This document shows, in pieces, positions 38,867-48,337 of a stretch of DNA of 64,000 nucleotides (position 1 is the stretch's first letter; every line of letters starts with the position of its first letter). The notes beneath the pieces were generated by a model. It saw only the letters and a list, made by a program, of their open reading frames with translations. It made no database searches and had not been told where the DNA came from. Origin of the DNA: Gemmatimonadota bacterium (GTDB lineage Bacteria; Gemmatimonadota; Gemmatimonadetes; Gemmatimonadales; GWC2-71-9). Made by a program: the position numbers and the translations under genes. Where the stretch lies: assembly GCA_036679645.1 (NCBI GenBank), contig JAZDCY010000011.1, positions 1 to 64,000 on the forward strand, read 5' to 3'.

Positions 38867-40114
38867 TCAGGCCGGCACCCTGACCTTGCCGGTCAGGAGC
38901 AGCTCCATGACGCCGCGGCGTTGGCGGTCGAGGACGTCTCTCAGCCTCTCGAGGTACCGGATTTCACGCTCTAAGCAGTCCGCAAAGTCGGCGATCGCGG
39001 CCTGCTCCGCCTTAGGAGGTAATCGAATGTAGATCTTCGAGAGGGCCTGCGGATTCAGTCTCTTGGCTTTCCGGCCGCCTTTCGTGAGTCCGATCTGCCG
39101 AAGGTAGAACCATGGCTGCGTCGCGAGACGGACAAGCCATCCGACATCGACTTCATCAGCAACGTCGAAGGCGGGTAGATCCAGTGTCGTCTCGTAACCG
39201 TCCAGCTCTTCCGGGACGATGCCGCATGCACCATTCAGAAAATCGAGCTTGCTATAAATGAACTGCCCAGCAGATCGACGGTAGTACTTGGTGTTTGCGC
39301 TACCTGGACGCCGGCTAGCGGACGCAACTACGCCCTTGCCGTACAGACGAATGGTAAGCCGTCGCGCATGACGGCCGTCAGACGACGATACGCGGCTCTC
39401 CGTGAGCAGGTCCCCCATTGGATGGGGCACCCATTCTTCCCCGAACTCCTTGAACCGTCGCTTGCCCGTCAGCAGTTGCTGCATGAGGCCGCGCTTGAAC
39501 CGGCGCTTGGCGTCGATTAGGGCCGTGAGCTGTGAATCCAGGAGTTCATGTATTGCTTGGAGCTGGCCGATTCGACGCTGATCGTCTACCGGAGGAACTG
39601 CGACCTTCATGGACGCAAGCCGCCTCCTAGACAACTTCTTCATGCTACCGCTTGTCCCGGCAGCCCGGGCTACTATCTCCCGTCGAGCACGTTCGCCACG
39701 CAGATATGCAGAGAGCCAACGCGGCTCTATCCCTTCGATCACCTCCATGGCCCACATGAGATCGGGGAGGTGGAGGTTTGGATAGTCTCGGTCTACATAT
39801 GCTGTAAGCCCCACGAGGTTTGCGGTGTTCGACCGTGTAATGAGGATCCACCCCGCCTTGATTGGTGGACCGAGTGGTCCACCGCGCTCCGGTCGGACAG
39901 CCTTGTTCTCGAGAGGCCGGAAAGTTCCGTTTGTCACAGCGCTGAGCTTCAGTATTCCATGCTCGCCAACATTCGTAGTACGCTCTTCACATGGAAGACT
40001 TACACCCCCGCGGAACGTTCTGACGAGGTCACCTAGTGTGGAGGTGGTCCATCCCCCGAGCGGTTCCGGGTCCGAGGTTGGTGGGGTGCCGACTAGCGGC
40101 CCGGCGCTAGACAA
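38867..40114 (-). CDS. hsdS: Type I R-M specificity subunit
   Basis: Two TRDs with conserved PPxxxQ..I and KRGLMQQLLTGKRR / RGVMELLLTGKVRV repeats. Confidence 0.9.
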   Translation of the reverse strand: MSSAGPLVGTPPTSDPEPLGGWTTSTLGDLVRTFRGGVSLPCEERTTNVGEHGILKLSAVTNGTFRPLENKAVRPERGGPLGPPIKAGWILITRSNTANLVGLTAYVDRDYPNLHLPDLMWAMEVIEGIEPRWLSAYLRGERARREIVARAAGTSGSMKKLSRRRLASMKVAVPPVDDQRRIGQLQAIHELLDSQLTALIDAKRRFKRGLMQQLLTGKRRFKEFGEEWVPHPMGDLLTESRVSSSDGRHARRLTIRLYGKGVVASASRRPGSANTKYYRRSAGQFIYSKLDFLNGACGIVPEELDGYETTLDLPAFDVADEVDVGWLVRLATQPWFYLRQIGLTKGGRKAKRLNPQALSKIYIRLPPKAEQAAIADFADCLEREIRYLERLRDVLDRQRRGVMELLLTGKVRVPA

Positions 40115-41603
40115 CCCCTAATCCTCTCAAGCGCTGCGCAATCAGGTCGCGGGTCTGTTCAAGCTCGGACTGGATGGACTCGATCTCGGCTTGCACCGCA
40201 GCGAGATCGACCTCCTCTTGCTCCTCGAAGGTGTCCACGTAGCGGGCGACGTTCAGGTTGAACTCGTTCTTCCTGATTTCATCGATCGTCGCCCGGTGGG
40301 CATACTTATCGACCGATTTCCGTGCGCGGAACACGGTCACGATCTTGTCGATATCTTCCGGCCGCAATCGGTTCTGGTTCTTTTCGTCCTCGTACTCCGA
40401 GCTGGCATCGATGAACAACACGTCCGTGTTGTCGCGGCCTTTGCGGAAGATCAGAATAGCGGCCGGGATGCCGGTGCCAAAGAAGAGGTTCGCCGGGAGT
40501 CCAATCACCGCATCCAGCAGGTTCTCGTCGATCAACTTCGTGCGGATCTTCCCCTCGGCGCCCCCGCGGAAGAGCACACCGTGCGGCACGATCACGCCAA
40601 CCCTACCACCGTCTTCCACCGCCGTCTCCACCATGTGGCTGATGAACGCGTAGTCGGCTTTTGATTTAGGGGGCGTGCCGCGATGAAAGCGGTGGAACGG
40701 ATCGCCTGGCGCGTTCTCGGCGCCCCACTTGTCCAATGAGAACGGGGGATTCGCCACGACCACGTCGAACTTCTTCAGCCGGTCACCCTCGACGAGCTTG
40801 GGGCTGTTGAGCGTGTCGCCCCACTCGATCCGCGCGCTATCCACGCCGTGCAGAAACATGTTCATCTTGCACAGCGCCCACGTACCCCCGTTCACCTCTT
40901 GTCCGAAGACGAAGTAATCTTCGCTGCCGACCTCGGCGGCGACCCGGATCAGCAATGAGCCGGAGCCACACGTCGGATCGCAGATCGTCTCGCCCGGCTT
41001 GGGCGCCAGCAGTTTGGCCAACAGAATAGAGACCTCGGCGGGCGTGTAAAACTCGCCGCCTTTCTTGCCGGCGTCGCTGGCAAAATGTCCAATGAGGTAC
41101 TCGTAGGCGTTGCCGATAACATCCAAGTTCCCGATCCGCGATGGCCGCAGATCCAGCACGGGATTGGCAAAGTCGTGGAGCAGGTTCTTGAGACGGCGGT
41201 TCCGGTCCTTGGTCTCGCCCAGGTACGGCTCACTGTTGAAGTCCACGTTCCGGAACACGTTTTCCAGCTTGGTCCGGTTGGCATCCTCGATTCTCTCGAG
41301 CGCAATGTTTATCAACTCGCCGACGTTCGGGGCATCCCGCCGGTCGTAGAGATAGGAGAAGTGCGATTCCTCGGGCACCACGAACCGCTCCCGGCCCAGG
41401 GCACGCTCAACCCGCACCTGGTCACCGCCGTACTTTTTCTCCAGCGCGGCGCGTTTGTCGGTCCACACGTCACTCACGTACTTCACGAACAACATGACCA
41501 GCAGGTAGTCCTTGTATTGCGCCGGGTCGAGCGCACCGCGAAAGGTGTCACAGGCTCGCCAGAGGGTATCGTTGATCTCCTTCTGCGAGATCTTGTCAGT
41601 CAT
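40107..41603 (-). CDS. hsdM: Type I R-M adenine methyltransferase subunit
   Basis: LWRACDTFRG, GEFYTP, DPTCGSG, VANPPF, PHGVLFRG. Confidence 0.96.
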   Translation of the reverse strand: MTDKISQKEINDTLWRACDTFRGALDPAQYKDYLLVMLFVKYVSDVWTDKRAALEKKYGGDQVRVERALGRERFVVPEESHFSYLYDRRDAPNVGELINIALERIEDANRTKLENVFRNVDFNSEPYLGETKDRNRRLKNLLHDFANPVLDLRPSRIGNLDVIGNAYEYLIGHFASDAGKKGGEFYTPAEVSILLAKLLAPKPGETICDPTCGSGSLLIRVAAEVGSEDYFVFGQEVNGGTWALCKMNMFLHGVDSARIEWGDTLNSPKLVEGDRLKKFDVVVANPPFSLDKWGAENAPGDPFHRFHRGTPPKSKADYAFISHMVETAVEDGGRVGVIVPHGVLFRGGAEGKIRTKLIDENLLDAVIGLPANLFFGTGIPAAILIFRKGRDNTDVLFIDASSEYEDEKNQNRLRPEDIDKIVTVFRARKSVDKYAHRATIDEIRKNEFNLNVARYVDTFEEQEEVDLAAVQAEIESIQSELEQTRDLIAQRLRGLGVV

Positions 41604-42228
41604 GGGAGTCCTCCTGCGCATTCAGACGCAGGTTGTCGATGAGCATCTGTCCGATCATCCGGTGGGACGTATCGGTGGCTTGGGCTAGGGCGCTCCTGAG
41701 ATCGCGCTCCCGCGTCAGCAGTTCGGCAAGTTCCGCGATCTCGCGCTGCGTCGCTACCGGCGGTACGACGATCTGCATGTTTTCGAAAACCTTCCGCTGC
41801 ACGATGGGCGTGCCGGCCCCGGTCCGGATCTGTTCGATGATCGCCTGCGCGGGCTTCTGATTCAGGTACCACGCCAGATACCGGCCGTCCAGGCCCTCGC
41901 GCGGGCGCAGGATGTAGAAACTGACGGGCGGCATCGTGCGGTCCGGCACTTCCCGCATCACCCAGGCTCGGTTCTGGATACCCCGGGACATGAACAGCAC
42001 GTCGCCGCCTGCCAGGTGGTACCTGCTCGTGTCCCGGGCACCCGGGTCCATGCGGAGTTCGTGCGCCGGCTCGTACACGTACGGCACGCCGTCTTCCAGG
42101 TGGCGAGAAAGCACGAGCTGGTGGGTCCCATCCGGATCGTGGTCCATCCGGCCGCGAACGGAGAAGCCGGGGAGAACCTCGGCGCAGTCACCGAGTGGCA
42201 TCACGCGGGTTGCCTCGGCTCTCCCCAT
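41596..42228 (-). CDS. Short single-TRD HsdS-like protein
   Basis: LGDCAEV..G, GDVLF, YLAWYLN, IVVPPVATQREI; overlaps the hsdM start. Confidence 0.8.
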   Translation of the reverse strand: MGRAEATRVMPLGDCAEVLPGFSVRGRMDHDPDGTHQLVLSRHLEDGVPYVYEPAHELRMDPGARDTSRYHLAGGDVLFMSRGIQNRAWVMREVPDRTMPPVSFYILRPREGLDGRYLAWYLNQKPAQAIIEQIRTGAGTPIVQRKVFENMQIVVPPVATQREIAELAELLTRERDLRSALAQATDTSHRMIGQMLIDNLRLNAQEDSHD

Positions 42229-42239
42229 TGCTCCTTCCT

Positions 42240-42569
42240 TTACTCGCCGTTACAGGGCGGCTTGTAGTTGTCGATCAGATCCCGCTCGATCGTCAGCCGC
42301 CGCTGCTGGGACGATTCGGTACAGACGCCGAGGTGCGTCTTCCCGTTGCGGTCGAAGCACTGCGCTTTGTGGTGACTGTCGAACCGCTCACTGAGGTTCC
42401 CGGTCTCCCCGATGTAGAGGACATCATAGCGGTCATCCGTACGGAGCTTGAGCACCGCATAGACGCCGCCGATGGGTTTGCACTCCGTCCTCCATGGGTA
42501 GACCGTGAACTCGTACGCGGCGCCCGAGCGCCCCTTCAGGACAACGGTGGTACTGGTACTGGTGGGCAT
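42240..42569 (-). CDS. Minimal stand-alone GIY-YIG nuclease-domain protein (109 aa)
   Basis: GGVY...LYIGET..LSERF..H...IERDLI...PPCN; GGAGGG RBS. Confidence 0.8.
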   Translation of the reverse strand: MPTSTSTTVVLKGRSGAAYEFTVYPWRTECKPIGGVYAVLKLRTDDRYDVLYIGETGNLSERFDSHHKAQCFDRNGKTHLGVCTESSQQRRLTIERDLIDNYKPPCNGE

Positions 42570-42758
42570 ATGGCCCTCCGTCAGGATGTGGGACCGACTG
42601 GACGGCCACCGGCTCGACGCGTAGACTTCTCTTACCATGTGCTCGGCCTGGGACGCTTATGTCGACCCTGGTTGAGAGGTGGCGAGAGGCCCGTGCTACT
42701 AACACGGGTCTTCTCATTTTTCCAGCAGAATGGCAGTACTCGGCTGGATATGCGTTGA

Positions 42759-42786
42759 AATGTACCGTTCGCAGGATGTATGTCAA
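42759..42786 (-). promoter_or_regulatory. Sigma70-like promoter for the GIY-YIG/R-M operon
   Basis: Minus strand TTGACA-16bp-TACATT in an AT-richer intergenic region. Confidence 0.5.
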
Positions 42787-42884
42787 ATTTCTGTTGCGGT
42801 ATGGGATTCTGCAAAACAATTTGCAATTGACTTATTGACAAGTATCGGCGACATTATTGACGCACTTTGGTTTCCAGGACCGCC

Positions 42885-44234
42885 ATGTCGCCACCCATCT
42901 CGTTCACTCCAGCTCTCTCGCCCGATCAGATCGCCGAACTGACCCGCCTGCTCGGAGAAATCGACGAGTTCAAGGGCCACTGGCGCAAGCTCGGGGAGAT
43001 CCGAGCCGAACGCCTGGCGTCGCTCAGGCAGGTGACCACCATTGAGTCGGCAGGCAGTTCCACCCGCATCGAGGGCGCCCAGCTCAGCGACGACGAGGTC
43101 AAGCTCGTCCTCCAGGGGCTACGCGTAGACAGTTTCCGCGAGCGCGATGAGGGCGAGGTCCGGGGCTACGGCGAGTTACTCCAGACCATCTTCGACAACT
43201 ACCGCGAGATCCCGGTCACCGAGAACTACATCAAGCAGCTCCATAAGATGCTGCTCGCCCACGTAGAGAAGGACGCCTGGCACCGCGGGGAGTACAAGAA
43301 GCAACCCAACCCGGTGGAGGCTCGTCACCCTGATGGGCGGGTAGAGGTGATCTTTGAGACCGCATCACCGTTCGATACGCCCCGCCTGATGGCGGAACTC
43401 ATCGCGGCAACAACGCAGAGCCTCGACGGCGAGCATATCCATCCACTGGTCACCATTGCCCGCCTCGTCGTCGAGTTCCTCGCCATTCACCCGTTCCAGG
43501 ATGGCAACGGACGGCTATCAAGGGCACTCACCGCGTTGCTGATGCTGCGCGCCGGCTACGAGTACGTCCCGTACGCATCCGTTGAGCGGATCATTGAAGA
43601 CAACAAGACGGAGTACTATCACGCGCTGCGTATGTCGCAGACCGGAATGTCCGACGATCCCTCGGATTTCGGCGACTGGCTGCTGTTTTTTCTCCGGGCA
43701 CTGCAAACACAAAAGCGGATTCTCGCCGGCAAACTCGAGGTCGAACGTTCAATCGTCCGCCTCAATGACATCCAGGTGCGTGCCCTGGAACTGGTCGAGA
43801 AGCATGGGCGCAGCACCAGCACGGACGTAGCCACCGCACTCTCGATCAGCACCCGGTCTGCGCGGTATCACCTCGGCATGCTTCTGGAACGGGGCCTCGT
43901 ACAGGCGCACGGAGAGCGACGCGGACGCTACTACACACGAGGATTGGGCACCAACGAAGGGATGCTCAGGGATCCGCGATCGAAAAACGCGGCCATCCTG
44001 GCAGAAATCCTCGCACGTGGAGGGTCGGTTACACAGAAAGAACTGATCGAACTGGTCGACGCTGAGCGTGCCGACCGCCGGATCGTCGGCTCGCTGCACG
44101 GTCGCCGGCAGGCACACCTGCAACGCGATCACAAGACCGGGAGAAGCAGGCTCACGGCTCGCGGAAGAGAGGTGGCGGAGCAGTACGTCTTTGCCAGACG
44201 ACTTTCCAAGGAGCCGGCCACCGAAACGACGTGA
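42885..44234 (+). CDS. Fic-domain protein (class II) with C-terminal HTH/winged-helix-like extension
   Basis: STRIEG inhibitory motif, HPFQDGNGRLSR catalytic motif, STDVATALSISTRSARYHL HTH. Confidence 0.9.
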   Translation: MSPPISFTPALSPDQIAELTRLLGEIDEFKGHWRKLGEIRAERLASLRQVTTIESAGSSTRIEGAQLSDDEVKLVLQGLRVDSFRERDEGEVRGYGELLQTIFDNYREIPVTENYIKQLHKMLLAHVEKDAWHRGEYKKQPNPVEARHPDGRVEVIFETASPFDTPRLMAELIAATTQSLDGEHIHPLVTIARLVVEFLAIHPFQDGNGRLSRALTALLMLRAGYEYVPYASVERIIEDNKTEYYHALRMSQTGMSDDPSDFGDWLLFFLRALQTQKRILAGKLEVERSIVRLNDIQVRALELVEKHGRSTSTDVATALSISTRSARYHLGMLLERGLVQAHGERRGRYYTRGLGTNEGMLRDPRSKNAAILAEILARGGSVTQKELIELVDAERADRRIVGSLHGRRQAHLQRDHKTGRSRLTARGREVAEQYVFARRLSKEPATETT

Positions 44235-44237
44235 CTC

Positions 44238-45596
44238 CTAGCTGAGTTCCTCGAACTCCGCGGTAAAGTGCCGCAAGAACGGCGGTTCGTTGGTCATCCG
44301 TAGTCCCGCGAGTTCCGACCGCTTCTCGAACACGGCGGCACAGGCCTCCACCACATAGTCGACGTGACTCTGGGTATACACCCGCCGCGGAATGGCGAGC
44401 CGTACCAGCTCCATGGCCGGCGGTTCATCGCCTCCGCCAAACATGACGCTGCCGATCTCGACAGCCCGGATGCCCGCTTCCCTGTACAGCGCGCAGACGA
44501 GCGCCTGCCCGGGGAATTGGTCCGGCGGGATGTGGGGACAGAGCACGCCGGCGTCGATGTAGATAGCGTGGCCGCCCGGAGGCTCGACGATCTGATAACC
44601 GAGCGCGAGTAGCCGTTCGCCGAGATACTCCGTGGACCGCAGGCGATACGCCAGGTAGTCCTCGTGCAGCACCTCCTCGAATCCCTGCGCCATCGCCTCG
44701 AGGTCGCGTCCGGCCAGGCCTCCATAGGTGACATACCCCTCGGTGAGGATGAGCAGCGCATCCGCACGCTGCACCAAATCCTCGTCCCGCAGAAGCAACA
44801 CACCTCCGATATTGACGAGACCATCCTTCTTAGCGCTGATCGTCGCGCCATCGGCCAGATCGAACATCTCGCGCGCAATCTGTCTTGGCGTGCGGTCTTG
44901 CTGGCCGGCCTCGCGCAGCTTGATGAAGTACGCGTTCTCGGCAAACCGGCAGGCGTCGAGGAACAGCGGAATCCCGTGGCGGTCGCAGATGGCACGCACC
45001 GCCCGGATGTTCTCGAGACTCACGGGCTGCCCGCCCCCGGAGTTGTTGGTGACCGTCATCATGCAGAGTGGAATACGATCTACACCGACGGCATCGATCA
45101 GGGCCTCGAGCTTCGCCGTATCCAAGTTGCCCTTGAACGGGTGCCGCGTCGCCGGCTGCCGACCCTCGTCGATGACGAGATCGACCGCTTCGGCGCCTGT
45201 GTGCTCGATGTTGGCGCGTGTGGTGTCGAAGTGGTTGTTGTTCGGGATGACTTTCCCCAGGCCCCCTACTAACTCGAACAGTATCCGTTCCGCCGCACGT
45301 CCCTGATGCGTCGGCAGAATGTGCTCAAACCCTGTGATCTCCTCGAGACTCCGCTTGAAACGATAGAAGCTCTCCGCTCCAGCGTACGACTCGTCACCCT
45401 GCATGATGCCGGACCACTGGAGGCTGCTCATGGCCCCCGTGCCGCTATCGGTCAGGAGGTCGATCAGGACATCCTCTGCGTGAATGGCAAACGGATTGAA
45501 GGCGGCGGCACGCAAGACCTCCTCCCTGTGCGCCGGCGACGTCATGTGGATCGGCTCGACAACCTTGATCCGAAACGGCTCGATGATCGTCTTCAT
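44238..45596 (-). CDS. tnaA: Tryptophanase
   Basis: EPFRIKVVE, IDLLTDSGT, THQGRAAE, SAKKDGLVNIGG, LRHFTA (His here, Phe in tyrosine phenol-lyase). Confidence 0.88.
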   Translation of the reverse strand: MKTIIEPFRIKVVEPIHMTSPAHREEVLRAAAFNPFAIHAEDVLIDLLTDSGTGAMSSLQWSGIMQGDESYAGAESFYRFKRSLEEITGFEHILPTHQGRAAERILFELVGGLGKVIPNNNHFDTTRANIEHTGAEAVDLVIDEGRQPATRHPFKGNLDTAKLEALIDAVGVDRIPLCMMTVTNNSGGGQPVSLENIRAVRAICDRHGIPLFLDACRFAENAYFIKLREAGQQDRTPRQIAREMFDLADGATISAKKDGLVNIGGVLLLRDEDLVQRADALLILTEGYVTYGGLAGRDLEAMAQGFEEVLHEDYLAYRLRSTEYLGERLLALGYQIVEPPGGHAIYIDAGVLCPHIPPDQFPGQALVCALYREAGIRAVEIGSVMFGGGDEPPAMELVRLAIPRRVYTQSHVDYVVEACAAVFEKRSELAGLRMTNEPPFLRHFTAEFEELS

Positions 45597-45677
45597 GTCA
45601 AGCACCCCGCTCCCTCGGTAACGTAGCCGTACAGACACGTTCTGCGAAGCCAGTGCCGCTTCGCGTATATTCCGGAA

Positions 45678-47091
<1,414 letters not shown>

Positions 47092-47115
47092 CGCAGCCCT
47101 CTCAGCGAGCGTTTC

Positions 47116-47313
47116 ATGGTCCCGATCTCCTCCCTGTGGCTCGCCATCGTCCTGTCATCGGTACTGGTCTTAGTGGTGAGCTTCGTCGTCTGGACGATGA
47201 TGCCGTACCACAAGTCCGATTACAAACCCCTGCCCAACGAAGACGCGGCCCGCAAGGCGCTCATCTACGGATCGCTGACCGCGGGCATCTTTGGTTGGCT
47301 GTGGCCGGCGTAA
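47116..47313 (+). pseudogene. Small membrane ORF, probably an internally deleted remnant of a larger membrane protein
   Basis: N-terminus (LWLAIVLSS..YHKSDYKPLPNED) joined directly to a C-terminus-like LIYGSLTAGIFGWLWP; as I recall, similar proteins have a long middle section. Confidence 0.45.
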
Positions 47314-47317
47314 GGCC

Positions 47318-48025
47318 GTGAAGCGTCTGCTGCTCCTCAGCAACTCGACCAATCCCGGCCAGCCCTTCCTCGAGCATGCGTTACCACACCTGGGCGCGTT
47401 TCTTGGCGAGCCGACGCAGATCGCCTTCGTGCCGTTCGCGGCGGTGCGATTTTCCTACGATGAGTTCACCGCGAAGGTGGCTGCGCGGTTCGGCGAGCTG
47501 GGACACACGGTACGATCCGTCCACGATGCGCGCGATCCAGCCGGCATGCTTCGCGACGCCGGCGCAATCGCCGTTGGTGGCGGGAACACATTCCATCTGC
47601 TGCGGGCGCTGGCCGAGCGGTCTCTGCTTGGTCCCATTCGCGAGAGTGTGGCAGGCGGGACACCGTACATCGGGTGGAGCGCAGGCTCCAACGTAGCCTG
47701 TCCGACCATCCGTACCACCAACGACATGCCGATCGTCGAGCCGTCCTCATTCGTTGCGCTTGGGCTGATTCCGTTTCAGATCAACCCGCACTTCACCGAC
47801 GCCGGGGTTCCCGGGCATGGCGGCGAGACCCGGACCGAGCGTCTGCTCGAGTTTGTCGCGGCGAATCCTACTGCTCGTGTGCTGGCGCTTCCGGAAGGGA
47901 CGATGCTGCGCGTAGAAGACGGCACGCTCACGCTCATAGGCGACCGACCTGCGAAGATCTTTGCGCAAAACGCCGCGCCTGCCGAAATAGCACCAGGCGG
48001 CTCGCTTCAGGGACTCGTGGCGTAA
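47318..48025 (+). CDS. pepE: Alpha-aspartyl dipeptidase (peptidase E)
   Basis: LLLLSNST, VGGGNTF, GWSAG, TTNDMPI, INPHF, GETR. Confidence 0.95.
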   Translation: MKRLLLLSNSTNPGQPFLEHALPHLGAFLGEPTQIAFVPFAAVRFSYDEFTAKVAARFGELGHTVRSVHDARDPAGMLRDAGAIAVGGGNTFHLLRALAERSLLGPIRESVAGGTPYIGWSAGSNVACPTIRTTNDMPIVEPSSFVALGLIPFQINPHFTDAGVPGHGGETRTERLLEFVAANPTARVLALPEGTMLRVEDGTLTLIGDRPAKIFAQNAAPAEIAPGGSLQGLVA

Positions 48026-48336
48026 CGGCGGCGCGGTCGCCACCTGAGGCGCTCCAGTGCCACGCGGCCCGAGGCGTCGAACGTCACACCTTCATCTTCC
48101 AGCAGTGTACGCTGGATCGTTTCACAATCACGCTCGGTCCGGGTACTCACACGGCCGCGCGCATTGATGACCCGGTGCCACGGAATGCGGTCGTCGGTGA
48201 GCGCGTTGAGGGCATATCCCACGAGACGTGGCTGTCGCGAGAACCCGGCGAGTTCGGCGACCTGGCCGTATGTGGCGACGCGGCCTCGTGGGATCCGCTT
48301 CACAACCGCGTAGATACGTGCGTGCGTACCGCGCAC
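48007..48336 (-). CDS. Alkyltransferase-like (ATL/YbaZ) DNA-binding protein
   Basis: IPRGRVATYGQVA, PWHRV (Trp in place of the catalytic Cys). Confidence 0.9.
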   Translation of the reverse strand: MRGTHARIYAVVKRIPRGRVATYGQVAELAGFSRQPRLVGYALNALTDDRIPWHRVINARGRVSTRTERDCETIQRTLLEDEGVTFDASGRVALERLRWRPRRRYATSP

Positions 48337-48337
48337 C

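Noticed and set aside
34943..44240. CTCCTA at both island edges as an attachment or target duplication
   Set aside because: Only 6 bp, explained by stop codon plus SD-like sequence; no integrase or tRNA present.
44238..45596. Tyrosine phenol-lyase call
   Set aside because: SAKKD and LRHF motifs favour tryptophanase.
48007..48336. Active O6-methylguanine methyltransferase
   Set aside because: PWHRV replaces PCHRV, so it is alkyltransferase-like.
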